DNA of 64,000 nucleotides from an uncultured delta proteobacterium (GTDB taxonomy: Bacteria > Myxococcota > Myxococcia > Myxococcales > Anaeromyxobacteraceae), in the NCBI GenBank assembly GCA_963766715.1, contig CAVYBH010000012.1, forward strand, positions 64,001 through 128,000, read 5' to 3'. Numbering within the stretch: position 1 is the first letter of the stretch; every line of letters starts with the position of its first letter. The notes under the pieces are model-generated. The model was not told the origin of the DNA, ran no database searches, and saw nothing but the letters and a program-made list of their open reading frames with translations. A program made the position numbers and the translations under genes. This document shows, piece after piece, positions 44,301 to 55,776 of this stretch.

Positions 44301-45084
44301 CGCGCAGGAGCACGGGGACGCCGGAGGGGCCGCTGGCCTTCACCGACGTCGAGGCCAGCGCGCCGATGTCCTGGATGTACCCGCGGCCGCGCACGTAGTA
44401 CTCGCGCCCGGACATCTCGATGACCCGCCCGCCCACGTCCTTGTTCGACTCGCGGACCGAGCGGACCACGTCCTCGAGCGTGACCCCGTACGCGCGGAGC
44501 CGGTTGGGGTCGACCGTGACCTGGTACTGCTTCTGGTAGCCGCCGACGCTGGCCACCTCGGCGACGCCGGGCACGCTGCCGAGCGCATAGCGCAGCGAGA
44601 AGTCCTGGAAGGTGCGCAGCTCGTCGATCGAGGTCTTCCCGCTCTTGTCGACGAGCGTGTACTGGAAGGCCCAGCCGATGCCGGTCGCGTCGGGGCCGAG
44701 CGTGGGCACGACGCCGTCGGGAAGCCGCCCGCGCAGCGTGCCGAGCATCTCGTTCACGCGGCTGCGGGCCCAGTACATGTCGGTGCCCTCGTCGAAGATC
44801 ACGTAGACGAAGGACATGCCGAACATCGAGTAGCCGCGGACGTCCACGACCTTGGGGGACGAGATGAGCGCCGAGACCACCGGGTAGGTGACCTGGTCCT
44901 CGATGAGGGTGGGGCTGCGCCCCATCCACTCGGTGAAGACGATGACCTGCGGGTCGGTCAGGTCGGGGATGGCGTCGATCTTGGTCCGGGAGATGGACCA
45001 GGCCGCCCCCAGCGTGGCGATGGCCACGCCGGCGAGCACGACGAGCCGGTTGCGGGCGCAGAACTCGATGATTCGCGAGACCAT
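41383..45084 (-). CDS. cusA: CusA/SilA heavy-metal RND efflux permease
   Basis: DAIPDL, LGPDATG, MSLGGIAIAIG, GSEFMPPLNEG, PIRARIDML, RPKLMT. Confidence 0.95.
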   Translation of the reverse strand: MVSRIIEFCARNRLVVLAGVAIATLGAAWSISRTKIDAIPDLTDPQVIVFTEWMGRSPTLIEDQVTYPVVSALISSPKVVDVRGYSMFGMSFVYVIFDEGTDMYWARSRVNEMLGTLRGRLPDGVVPTLGPDATGIGWAFQYTLVDKSGKTSIDELRTFQDFSLRYALGSVPGVAEVASVGGYQKQYQVTVDPNRLRAYGVTLEDVVRSVRESNKDVGGRVIEMSGREYYVRGRGYIQDIGALASTSVKASGPSGVPVLLRDLGSVRFGPDIRRGALDWNGEGEAVGGIVVVRFGENTLEVVDRVKKRLEELRSGFPPGVTAEVAYDRTDLILRSIDTLKRALLEEMLTVAAVILIFLLHVRSALLPMLSLPIAVALAFIPMYLLDIPATIMSLGGIAIAIGATVDAEIVMIEASHKRLESAPPGADRHKLLAEAAREVTPAIFFSLLIIAVSFLPVFTLTGQAGRLFRPLAFTKTFVMLSAAVLSITFAPALRDLLLRGKIRPESEHPISKAIIRVYKPFVFVALRWPKTTVALGLLAILSAVPLAIRLGSEFMPPLNEGDVLFMPTTFPGISIEEARGALQRQDRVLRGFPEVASVFGKVGRGETATDPAPITMVETTVRLRPMAEWRMVDHPRWYSRWAPGWVQAVLRPVWPDRRRITWEELTGEMNRATQFPGWTNAYTMPIRARIDMLTTGVRTPVGVKVMGSDLAEIEKMGVALERLLAPVPGTRSVYYERNTGGLYLDIFPNREALARRGLTVGDVQRTIEAAIGGAPVTTTVEGRARFSISVRYPQDLRSDVERIKEILVPLPGASRGGGGGGGMGGSGDATPARIPELLLAQMGGEGGGRPKTAPPRGTASDAPALDWSQAMPRVQDLPLGARGQPSGATAGSAGFVPLGQVADIRIVGGPPMLRDEGGLLVGYVYVDVDPSVDIGGYVAHAREEVDEATRAGGFAVPPGYFLKWTGQYELLEKMNERLRVVIPLTLVIIIALLLFHFRNVTEVLIVLLSIPFALVGSVWLLWLLDYRLSTAVWVGIIALVGLAAQTGIVMIVYIDTAYERRRQAGKIRDLDDIIWAHMEGTVMRVRPKLMTVGTMLVGLLPLLWATGSGADVMKRIAAPMVGGLITSAFLTLEIIPVVYTYWRQEQVLWERLEPLDPVRLRRLRIFTSVQQLGWLALLLVGAAAIYTEWPRMMLVATLVIPALGILGGLALYLKERPVARRLVWPGRAGGASA

Positions 45085-45093
45085 GGACGCCCC

Positions 45094-46573
45094 CTACTTC
45101 CCGCCGAAGCCCTGGATGGCCGCGCGAAGCCGGCTCTCCGAGTCGATGAGGAAGTTGGCGGTCGTGACCACCGTCTCGCCGGGGTGGAGTCCCCGGAGGA
45201 TCTGCACCTTCTCGGCCGTCCGCGCACCCACGGTCACGGGGCGGGGCTCGAAGCGCCCCCCGGGCAGGACCACGAAGACGTACTGGGCCTCGCCGGTGTC
45301 CACGAGCGCCTCGGCGGGGATGGTCACGCCCTCGCTGGTGCCGAGGTCGAGGATGACGTCGGCGTACATGCCCGGCCGGAGCTCGCCCTTGGCGTTCGGG
45401 ACCAGGATGCGGGCCTGCATCGTCCGGCTGGTCGGGTTCACCGCGGGATAGAGGAAGGAGAGCTTGCCGGTGAAGCTGCGCCCGGGGAGCGCCTGGAGGG
45501 TGAGCGAGGCCCGCTGCCCGATGCGGATCCGGCCGATGTCGGCCTCGTACACGTCGGCGAGCACCCAGACGTTGGCCAGGTTCGCGATCTCGTAGAGCTC
45601 CTGCCCCGGGGAGACGAAGGCGCCGACCTGCGCCGTGCGCTTGCCCACGTACCCGTCGATGGGCGCCCGGATGGTCATCGATTCGAGCGGGCGCTTGCGC
45701 GCCTCGAGCTCGGCGATGTCCTCCGGCGCTGAATCCCAGGAGCACGAGCCGCAGCCGGGCGTCTCCCTCGAGGGTCTGGATGGCCTGCTGCTGCTGGGCG
45801 GCGGTCTGGTCGCGCGTCCACTTGATGGCGTTCAGGTAGTTGAGCTGGGGCGCGAGGAGGTCCGGGCTGTAGAGGCGCGCGAGCGGCTGCCGCTTCTTCA
45901 CCCGCTCGCCGGTCTGCGAGACGAACAGCTGCTCGACCCACCCGGTGATCCGGCTCGACACCACGGCGGTGGCGCCCTCGTCCGGCGTCACCATCCCCAC
46001 CGTCCGCAGGGTGGGCGAGAGCTTCTCCAGGACGGCCGGCGCCGTTCGCATGCCGATGAGCTGCTGCCGGTCCGCGCCCACCTCGACGTTCGTCAGGCCG
46101 GGGACCTGCTCGCGCGGGATGAGCTTCATGCCCCCGCACTTGTCGCAGATGGCGTTCGGGTCGTCGCTCGAGACCTCGGGGTGCATCGGACACCAGTACT
46201 TGCCGGCGCTCCCCTTGGCCGGCGTCGCCCCGTGGTCGTGGCCGTCGCCGGCCTTCGCGGCGCTGCCCGTGTTGCCCAGGCTGGCGATGGCGACGAGGTC
46301 CATTCCGCAGATGGGACAGCTGCCGGCGCGCTCGGAGAGCACCGAGGGGTGCATGGGGCACACGTACTTGGCCTCGGAGCGCTCCGTGGCCTCGTGGCCG
46401 GTCCGCGCGAAGTAGACCCACGCCGAGGCGGCCACCACGGCCATGAGCGCGATGAGCCCCCAGCGGACGATCGCCATCGTGCGCACGCCGGGCGGAGCCG
46501 CCTCCTTCCCCTCGGGGAGGGGTTCGTGGGGGGCGTCGTCCTGGCCCGGGTGCTTCGAGTCGCCGTTGCTCAT
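45094..46573 (-). CDS. cusB: CusB-family RND periplasmic adaptor with two heavy-metal-binding domains (one apparent frameshift near 45730)
   Basis: YVCPMHP..CPICGMDL, YWCPMHP..CDKCGGMKL, LYSPDL, LRPGMY, NFLIDSES. Confidence 0.92.
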
Positions 46574-46749
46574 GAATCACTCCCCGCCGCCCGGGTCCGC
46601 GGAAGCCGCATGTCGAAGCGCACGGCGAACAGCATATCCCCGGATCGGCGAACCGGGCTCTCCGCGGCGCTCACTTCCGGCCTCCGACCCGCCAGGGCCC
46701 TTGCCCCGACCCGGCCCCGGCTGTCAGCGCCGCGTGCTACTGCGACGCG

Positions 46750-48496
46750 GTGACGGCGCCGGCGAAGCGATGGGTCGAGGTCGAGGGAGGCGGGGACGAG
46801 GCGGCGACCGCCCGGCTCGCCCGGACCCTCTCCATCCATCCGCTGGCCGCCCGGGTGCTGGCCACGCGCGGCCTGGCCGACCCGGCCGACGCCGGACGGT
46901 TCCTCTCGCCCCGCCTCGAGGACCTCCCCGATCCCTTCACGATGAAGGGCATGGAGGCGGCGGTGACGCGCCTCGTCCGGGCGGTCGAGGGCGGGGAGCG
47001 GATCGCCTGCTACGGCGACTACGACGTCGACGGGGTCACCTCGACCACGCTCCTCTCCGGCTTCCTCCGCTCGGCCGGGGCCGAGGTCGTCACCTACGTG
47101 CCCCACCGCCTGGTGGAGGGCTACGGGCTGAACGGCGCGGCGGTGCAGCGGCTGGCGGGGGAGGGGGTGCGCCTCCTCGTCACCCTCGACTGCGGCATCA
47201 CCAGCGTCGCGGAGGTGGCCGAGGCCACCCGGCTGGGCGTGGACGTGGTGGTGGTGGACCACCACACGGTCCCCGTGGAGCTCCCTGCCGCGGCCGCCAT
47301 CCTGAACCCGCACCAGCCCGGCTGCGCCTACCCGTCGAAGCACCTGGCCGCGGTCGGCGTGACCTTCAACCTCGCCATGGCGCTCCGGCGCAGGCTCCGC
47401 GAGCGCGGCCGCTTCGGTCCCGACCCGGCCCGAGCCGAACCTCCGGGAGGCGCTCGACCTGGTGGCCCTGGGGACGGTGGCCGACGTGGTCCCGCTCGTC
47501 GAGGTGAACCGCACGCTCGTGCGCTTCGGCCTCGCCGAGATTGGGAAGGCGCGTCGCCCCGGGGTCCGGTCCCTCCTCCGCGTGGCCGGCGTCGCCACCG
47601 GTGAGGTCAGCGCGTCGCAGGTCGGGTTCCGGCTCGCGCCGCGCATCAACGCCGCGGGCCGGCTCGACGACGCCGGGCGAGGCGTGCGGCTCCTGTCCAC
47701 GGCCGATCCGGCCGCGGCCGACGCGCTCGCCGAGGAGCTCGACCGGGAGAACCGGGCCCGCCAGGAGATCGAGCGGCAGATCCTCGAGGAGGCCCTCGCC
47801 GACGCCGCGGCGTGCGTCGCGGCCGGTGCGCGCGGGCTCGTGCTCTCCCGGCCCGGGTGGCACCCCGGGGTGGTGGGCATCGTCGCCTCCCGGGTGGTGG
47901 AGCGGTTCCACCGGCCGGCCGTCCTGGTGGGCGTGGCCGACGGCGTCGGGAAGGGGAGCGGACGCAGCATCGAGCGGTTCCACCTCCACGACGCGCTGTC
48001 CGCCTGCTCCGGGTTCCTGCTCCGGTTCGGCGGCCACAAGCACGCGGCCGGCGTCACCATCGACCCGCAGGCCATCCCCGCGTTCCGGGAGGCCTTCGAG
48101 CGGCACGCCGCCTCCGTGCTGCGCGACGAGGACCTCGTCCCCCGCACGCGAATCGAGGGCTGGATCGACGGCGCCCTGCTCGACGAGCGGGCCGCCACCG
48201 ATCTGGAGCGGCTGGCGCCGTTCGGCGCCGGCAACCCGGAGCCGGTCTTCGGGCTGCGGGCACGCCCCTCGCGGGCGCGGCAGGTGGGCGCCGCCGGCGT
48301 GCACCTGAAGCTGGTGCTGGCCGACCGGGACGCCATCGCGTTCCAGCTCGGCGACCGGATCGGGCTCTGCGGCGCCCCGGTGGAGGCCGCCGTCTCGATC
48401 GGCTTCGACGACTGGGACGGGATGCGGCGCCTGCAGCTCCGGGTGCGCGACCTGAGGGCCGCAGCCGAGGCCCCGATGGCCGCCGCCGGGGCGTGA
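46750..48496 (+). CDS. recJ: ssDNA exonuclease RecJ (one apparent frameshift near 47425)
   Basis: [46 protein letters not shown]. Confidence 0.95.
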
Positions 48497-48569
48497 TTCG
48501 CGCCTTGACGCATTGCGTTCAGCGGTGTTACCCAGCAAGGTTCCTCAGAGATTCCGCCGGGAGGCACGC

Positions 48570-50386
48570 GTGCCGCGTTTCATCACCGATATCAAGCGCA
48601 CCCACAGCTGTGGCCAGCTGACCCAGGACGACGTCGGCAAGGAAGTCGTCCTCTTCGGCTGGGTGAACAACCGCCGGGATCACGGCGGCGCCATCTTCAT
48701 CGACATGCGCGACCGGGAAGGGCGTCACCCAGGTGGTGTTCGAGGAGGACGTGCGGCCCGAGGTCCACGAGGTCGCCGAGAAGCTTCGCCTCGAGTACTG
48801 CGTGGGCATCCGCGGCAAGGTGGTCTCGCGCGGCTCGAACGTGAACCCCCGCCTCAAGACCGGCGCCATCGAGGTCCACGGCACCGAGGTCGAGATCTTC
48901 AACCGGTCCGAGTCGACGCCCTTCCCGATCGAGGACCAGATCGACACCGCCGAGGAGAAGCGGCTCCAGTTCCGCTACCTCGACCTGCGCCGGGCCCCGC
49001 TGCAGAAGACCCTCATGACGCGGGCCCGGGTGAACCACCTCACCCGCAACTACTTCACCGACACGGGGTTCCTCGAGCTCGAGACCCCCTTCATGGTGAA
49101 GTACACGCCGGGCGGGGCGCGCAACTTCCTCGTCCCCAGCCGCCTCAACCCCGGCAAGTTCTACGCGCTGGCCGAGAGCCCGCAGCTCTTCAAGCAGCTC
49201 TACATGATCGCCGGATTCGATCGGTACTTCCAGATCGTCCGCTGCTTCCGCGACGAGGACCTGCGCCTCGACCGGCAGCCCGAGTTCACCCAGATCGACG
49301 TGGAGATGAGCTTCGTCGAGCAGAACGACATCTTCGACGTCATCGAGGGGCTGGTCACCCGCCTCTGGAAGGAGGTCCTCGGGGTCGAGATCCCGCGCCC
49401 CTTCCGGCGCATGCCCTTCGACGAGTCGATGGCCAAGTACGGCAACGACAAGCCCGACCTGCGCTTCGGCATGGAGCACGTGGTCCTCACCGACCTCGTG
49501 GCGAAGCACGGCGGCGGCGGCGTGCCCCTCATGAAGGACGCCGTCGACTCGGGCGGGATCGTGAAGGGCATGAAGGTCCCTGCCTCGGCCAGCTTCTCGC
49601 GCACCGAGATCGACAAGCTGGAGGAGTACGTGAAGGGCATGGGCTCGAAGGGGCTGGCCCGCGCCAAGGTCGGGGAGGGCGGGCGAGTGGACCCAGTCCC
49701 CCTTCGCCAAGACCATCACGCCCGAGATGCGACTCGCGGTGAACGCCGCGCTGGGCGCCGGGCCCGGGGACCTGATCCTCTTCCAGTTCGGCAAGCCCTC
49801 CACGGTGCACACCGTGATGGCCAACCTCCGCGTGCACCTGGCCAAGAAGATGGGGCTCATCCCCGAGTACGGCTCGGGCGGGAACTGGAACTTCCTCTGG
49901 GTCGTCGACCCGCCGCTCTTCGAGTACGACGAGGAGGCGGGCACCTGGGCCGCCGCGCACCACGCCTTCACGCGCCCCCGCGACCAGGACCTGCCGTACC
50001 TGGAATCCGACCCGGGCAAGGTCTACTGCTGGCGGTACGACCTGGTGCTGAACGGCTTCGAGATCGGCGGCGGCTCGATCCGGCTCCACGACCCCGAGGT
50101 GCAGGCGCGCGTCTTCCGCGCCATGGGCATCTCCGACGAGGACGCCCGGAGCAAGTTCGGCTTCCTCCTCGACGCGCTCAAGATGGGCGCGCCCCCGCAC
50201 GGCGGCATCGCGCTCGGCATGGACCGCCTGGTGATGCTGCTCACCGGGGCCGAGTCGCTGCGGGACGTGGTGGCCTGGCCCAAGACCCAGAAGGGCACCG
50301 ACCTCATGACCGGGGCGCCCGGCGACGCCGACGCCAAGCAGCTCCGCGAGCTCTCGGTGAAGAGCACCGTCGAGCAGGGGAAGTAG
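48570..50386 (+). CDS. aspS: Aspartate-tRNA ligase, probably non-discriminating type (two apparent frameshifts)
   Basis: [47 protein letters not shown]. Confidence 0.96.
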
Positions 50387-50396
50387 CCCGGCTTCC

Positions 50397-52053
50397 ATGG
50401 CGGGGCCGGGAAGCCACCAGGTCTTCGACGTCGTCGTCCTGGGCGGCGGCGTGAACGGGGCCGGCGTGGCGCGCGACTGCGCCATGCGCGGGCTGTCGGT
50501 CCTGCTCCTCGAGAAGCAGGATCTGGCGAGCCGGCGCCAGCGGCGCCAGCTCGGGCATGATCCACGGCGGCATCCGGTACATGACGAGCGACCGGAAGGT
50601 CACCGCGCTCGCGTCGCGGGACGCCGGCTACATCCGCCGCATCGCGCCCCATCTCACCTTCCGCATCCCGTTCCTGCTGCCCTTCGCGACCCATCGCGAG
50701 GAGGCGACGCTCCTCGATCGCCTCGCCTGGTACGCCACCGAGGTCTACGTCGGGACCTACGACCTCTTCCAGCCGCTCAAGGGAGGGAAGCCCTCGACGC
50801 GCCTGACCGCCGAGGAGCTCTACGCGGTCGAGCCGTCGCTGCGGCCCGGGCTCCACGGCGCCGTCACCCTCGACGAGTGGGGCATCGACGGCCAGCGCCT
50901 CTGCCTGCTGAACGCGCTCTCCGCCGCGGCGCACGGCGCGGAGGTGCGCACCTGGACGGAGGCCACCGGCATCGTCCGGGAGGCGGGGCGGGTGGTCGCC
51001 GTCCGGTGGCGCGACGCGCTGACCGGCGAGCACGGCGAGGCCCGCGCCGGCGTGGTGGTGAACGCCACCGGGGGCTGGTCGCCGCGCTGGGGCAAGGCGA
51101 ACGGCGTGGCGGTGCCCATGCGGCCAGGGAAGGGCGTGCACCTCTCCCTCGACCGGCGCCATGGCAACTACGGGATCATCTGCACCGCCGTCGACGGCCG
51201 GCAGATGTTCCTCATGCCCCACGAGATGGAGTCGATCATCGGGACCACCGACGACGACTACTACGGGGACCCGGACGACCTCGACGCCACGGCCGAGGAG
51301 GTCGAGTACCTGATCGAGGGCGTGGCCTCGCTCGTTCCCTCGGTGCGCCAGGCGCGCATCACCCGGGCCTGGTGGGGCGTGCGCACCACGCTCTTCGAGT
51401 ACGGCGTCGAGGAGGACGACCTGTCCCGCGACCACCGCATCCTCGACCACGCCGCGGAGGGCGCGGCCGGCCTGCTCTCCTTCGTCGGAGGCAAGCTGGC
51501 GAGCTTCCGGGCCCAGTCCGAGGACGTCACCGATCGCGCCGTGGCGATGCTCGGCAAGGCGGTCCTGCCCTGCCGCACCCACGAGGAGCCGCTCCCGGGC
51601 GGCGACGAGGTGCCGGCGCCGGGCGACCTGGCCCGGGAGCACGGGATCGCCGAGGCCATCGCGGCGCGCCTCGTCTACCGGCACGGATCGCTGGCGCGCG
51701 AGGTCCTGCGGGTGGCGGACGACGACCCGCGCATGAAGCTCGTCGTCTGCCGGGACGAGGGGATCATCGCCGCCGAGGTGGCCTGGATCGCCCGGCACGA
51801 GATGGTGCGCCGGCTCCAGGACCTCCGGCACCGGTGCCGGCTGGCGGTGGGCGGCTGCGGCGGGCTCGACTGCGCCCGGCCGGCCGCCCAGGTGGCGGCC
51901 CGCGAGCTGGGGTGGGACGCGGACCAGCTCCGCGCCGAGCTGGCCGACCTCCTCGAGGTGGGATGGCGGGAGCGGCGCCCGGTCCTCGACGGGTGGCAGC
52001 TCGCCGAGGAAGAGCTGCTCCGCGCCGTGCACCGCGGACTGGGAGGGCTCTAG
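50397..52053 (+). CDS. glpA: Anaerobic glycerol-3-phosphate dehydrogenase subunit A-like FAD oxidoreductase (one apparent frameshift near 50531)
   Basis: GGGVNGAG, SGMIHGGIRY, GTTD, GGKL, C-terminal CRLAVGGCGGLDC (BFD-like Fe-S motif). Confidence 0.82.
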
Positions 52054-52057
52054 GGGC

Positions 52058-53371
52058 ATGGCGACGCCGAACCGGATCGAGACCGACGTGCTCGTCCTGG
52101 GCGGCGGCATGGCCGGCGCCACCGCCGCGCTGGCCGCGCGACAGTCCGGCGCCCGCGTGGTCGTCGTCCGCAAGGCCCCGGGGAGCACGGGACTCTGGGG
52201 AGGGGCCCTCTCGGTGGCGCAGGATCCCGCCTCGCTCCCGGACACCCCGTTCGCGGCGCGATCCGGCGTCGTCGAGTCGGCGCGGCGCATCGCCGCCACG
52301 CGCCCCGGCCACCCGTATCGCGTGCTGCGCTCCCGGCTCGACCGGCTCTGGAACGCCGTCGAGTTCGCCACCGGGCAGCTGTCGTCGGTGCTGGCGCCCC
52401 CGTCCGGGCGCAACCGGTGGCTGCTCACGCCGTTCGGCCACGCCCACGCCGCGGCGGCCTGCGCGAGCACCATGGCGGCGGGGGACCTCGCCGAGGTGCG
52501 GGGAACGCTCGTGGTCTGTGGATTCGAGGGGCACCTGGGCTGGGATCCGGGGCTCGTGGCGTCGGGCGCGGCGCGGGTGCGGGCCCTCGGCGCGCCGGAG
52601 GTGCGCGCGGTGCTGCTCGACCTCTTCCGCTGGGAGGACGGGGCGCTCGCTCGCCCCTTCGACCTGGCGCGGATGCTCGAGGCCCCGGGCGCGGCCGAGG
52701 AGGCGGGCCGGATCCTGCGCAAGGTCCTGCCGCGCGGCGCCGCCGCGGCCGTCTTCCCCCCGGTGCTGGGGCTCGACCTGGAGGCCCGCGTCCCGGAGCG
52801 GGTCGCCGCCGCGGCCGGCCTCCCCGTCGCCGAGATGCTCTCCGACCTGCCCAGCGTTCCGGGCCTCCGGCTCCACCGCGCCATCGAGGCGCGCCTCGCC
52901 GCAGCGGGGGTCGAGGTCCTCCAGGGAGAGATCCGGGGCGCGACCGGGCCCGACGTGCCTGCGGCGGTGGGCGGGCGCGAGGTGGTCGCGCGGAGCTGGG
53001 TCCTCGCCAGCGGCCGGTTCGTGGGCGGGGGCATCGAGCGGCGCGGCGCCCTGACGGAGAGCGCCCTGGGGCTGCCGGTGCTCGCGTCCGAGGGGCCGTT
53101 CGCCGATCCCTCGGTGCGGTTCGCCGGGCGGCCGCCGGCCAGCCTCACGCTCCGCGACAGCCGTTCCCCGCAGCCCCTGCTGGCCGCCGGACTGCGGGTC
53201 GACGAGCAGCTCCACCCCCTCGACGCCGAGGGGCGGGTCATCCACGAGCGGATCTTCGCCGCCGGCGCGGTCGTGGGCGGCCACGACCCCTCGTCCGACG
53301 GGACCGGGATGGGCGTGGCCATGTTCACCGGATGGATCGCCGGGCGAGCGGCGGCGGGGAGGGAGTCGTGA
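52058..53371 (+). CDS. glpB: Anaerobic glycerol-3-phosphate dehydrogenase subunit B-like flavoprotein
   Basis: GGGMAG, PPVLG, PSVPGLRL, LASGRFVGGG, GLRVD, FAAGAVVGG. Confidence 0.85.
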   Translation: MATPNRIETDVLVLGGGMAGATAALAARQSGARVVVVRKAPGSTGLWGGALSVAQDPASLPDTPFAARSGVVESARRIAATRPGHPYRVLRSRLDRLWNAVEFATGQLSSVLAPPSGRNRWLLTPFGHAHAAAACASTMAAGDLAEVRGTLVVCGFEGHLGWDPGLVASGAARVRALGAPEVRAVLLDLFRWEDGALARPFDLARMLEAPGAAEEAGRILRKVLPRGAAAAVFPPVLGLDLEARVPERVAAAAGLPVAEMLSDLPSVPGLRLHRAIEARLAAAGVEVLQGEIRGATGPDVPAAVGGREVVARSWVLASGRFVGGGIERRGALTESALGLPVLASEGPFADPSVRFAGRPPASLTLRDSRSPQPLLAAGLRVDEQLHPLDAEGRVIHERIFAAGAVVGGHDPSSDGTGMGVAMFTGWIAGRAAAGRES

Positions 53372-53815
53372 GCAAGGTCCGCAGCTACGGCTGGCTGGCC
53401 TGGCGCGCCGCCTTCTCCCATCCGCTCCGCGGCCTGCGGCGCCGCGGGTCGGGCCAGGAGCGCTTCCTCGGGAACTACGCCGTCGAGGGGCTTCGCGCCC
53501 ACGACGGCGGAGGAGCGGTCCGCCGCCGAGGCCGCGAGCGCCTGCATCACCTGCGGCCTGTGCGAGTCGGGCTGCGGGCTGCGCGGCGCCATCCCGTCGA
53601 TCCGCGACATGGGGCTCCACGGCGCGTTCCGGCTCTACTCGAAGAGCGCCGAGATGCTCCGGGTCTCGGGCGACGCGCTGGCGGCCTGCGCCTCCTGCAC
53701 GGGCTGCGAGCCGCTCTGCCCCACCGGGGTGCCCATCTCCCGCCTGGTGCGGGCGTTCGCTGCGCGGGCCTCCCACGACGCGGCGCGTCGGGATCCGGCG
53801 GAGCCGCGGCGATAG
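53368..53815 (+). CDS. Small 2x[4Fe-4S] ferredoxin-like protein (one apparent frameshift near 53500)
   Basis: CITCGLCESGC and CASCTGCEPLCP. Confidence 0.75.
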
Positions 53816-53816
53816 A

Positions 53817-54775
53817 GTGAGCGCCGGGAGCCCGCCCTGCGACCTTTCCTCATCGTGAATCCCGCCAGCGGTGGCGGCCGGACCGGCCGCCACTTCGAGC
53901 GCATCGCCCGCGCCGTGCGCGCCTCCCACGGCGACTTCCACGCCGTCTTCACCACCCGCCCGGGCGAGGCCAGCGGCATCGCGCGCGAGGCCGCCCGGGG
54001 CGGGGAGCGGATGGTGGTGGCGGTCGGGGGCGATGGAACCGCGAGCGAGGTCGTCGACGGCCTGGCCGGGGCCGGGCCGGTGGTCGAGCCGGAGGTCCTC
54101 TTCGGGTGCATCCCGCACGGGACCGGCGGCGACCTGCGCCGCTCGCTGGGATGGCCGGCATCGCCCGAGGAGGCGGCCCGCGCGCTGGCGGTCGGCGTGA
54201 CCGTCACCTGCGACGTCGGGATGGTGTCCTTCACGGCCCACGACGGCTCGACGCAGGAGCGTCACTTCGTGAACGTCTCCAGCTTCGGGGTCTCCGGCTG
54301 CGTGGTCCGGGAGCTGCAGCGCAGCGGCCGCCTGCTCGGGGGCAAGATCACCTACACGCTGGCGAGCGCGAAGGCGCTCCTGGGCTACCGCGACCAGCCG
54401 GTGCGCTGGCGCGCCGACGGCGGCGCCTGGGTCGAGGATCGCATCACCGCCATGGCGGTCTGCAACGGCCGGTACTTCGGGGCGGGGATGATGGTCGCGC
54501 CGGCGGCCCGGATGGACGACGGCCTCCTCGACCTCACGATCTGGAAGGGGCTCGGCTTCGCGGACTTCCTCACCAAGCGGCGAATGCTCTACGACGGCAG
54601 CCACGTGAAGCTCCCCAACACCCGCTGCCTCCGCATCCGGTCGCTGGAGGCGGAGCCGCTCGAGGGCGCCGAGGTCCTCCTCGACGTGGACGGGGAGCAG
54701 CCGGGGCGCCTGCCGGCGCGCTGGACGATCGTGCCCGCTGCGCTCCGCGTGCGGGTTCCGCTGGCCCGTCCCTGA
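53817..54775 (+). CDS. Diacylglycerol/lipid kinase family protein (YegS/BmrU-like; start uncertain)
   Basis: IVNPASG, GGDGT, PHGTGGD, NGRYFGAG, DDGLLD, DGE. Confidence 0.9.
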
Positions 54776-54783
54776 TTCGCGGC

Positions 54784-55757
54784 TCAGGCGCGACGACCGC
54801 GGCGGGCTCCCCGCGCGCCCCGGGCCTCGAGGGCCGCGGCGAGCGCGAGCGAGGGCGCCAGCACCGCCTTCCCTCGCGCGCGAAGCACCTCGGCGCGCAC
54901 CCGGGCGAGCAGCTGCGCCTCGCGCCGGCGCGCGCGGAGCTCCAGGCCGAGCAGTCCTGCGCGAAGCCCGGAGACCGGATGCCCGGCGATCCGTCCGTCC
55001 TTGCCGGCCTCCCGTCGTGCGGTCCGCAGCGCGGAGACCGCGAGGTGTGCGTCGTTCAGGTCGCCGAGGAGGTCCTGCAGCCGCTTCAGCGTCTTCTCGG
55101 CCTTCCCGGCCCCGGCGCCGGGAAGGTCGCGGAGCGGATCGAGGAGGTAGCGGAGCCGCTTCCCCTCGATCCGGGTCCTGTGGAGGAGGGCCTGGTCGGC
55201 GCCCTCGCCGGCCCGGGCCAGGCACGCGCTCACCACCTCGACCTGCGCGCGGATCCGCCTCGCCAGGGACGCGGCGAACACGCCGGAGGACCGGGGTCGA
55301 CGGGTCCGCCCGGCGCGCCTCAGGCGATCGCCGAGGGAGTCGGCCGCGGTGCGAAGGCGCCTCACCGCAACGGAGAGGTCGTCCCCTGCGGGCCCGGATC
55401 CTCAGCCGGTCCGCCTGCCAGGAGGCGGCGAGCCGCTGTCCAGGCGGAAGCGAGCGCTCGATTCCCTCGAGCCAGGCGAGGAGGACCTCGGCGTTCCGGG
55501 CCTCGCCGGTCGCTCGCGCCACCCGGCGAAGGCGCCGCAGGTCCTTGTCCCGGACCGCGTCCCCGAGCGGGCCCCGCCACGCCCGCAAGGTCGAGCGAAG
55601 GCGTCTCACCGACACGCGGAGATCGTGGAGGGCCTCGCCGTCGGAGGGATCCGCGAATCCAATCGGCCCGCTCGCGCGCCTCGGCGAGCGCGGCGAGCGC
55701 GACGGCCGTCGCCCCCTCGGCGGGCGGCCGATCCAGGATCTGGGGGTGCAGGGCCAT
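54784..55757 (-). CDS. CHAD domain (polyphosphate-binding) protein (apparent frameshifts)
   Basis: EALHDLRVSVRRLRS, LHRTRIEGKRLRY, LQDLLGDLND. Confidence 0.88.
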
Positions 55758-55776
55758 GGGCCTTGCGACGAGGGTA

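Noticed and set aside
46570..46635. 21-codon ORF (MLFAVRFDMR...) overlapping the cusB start as a leader peptide or cusC remnant
   Set aside because: Too short, with no informative residues or similarity I can support
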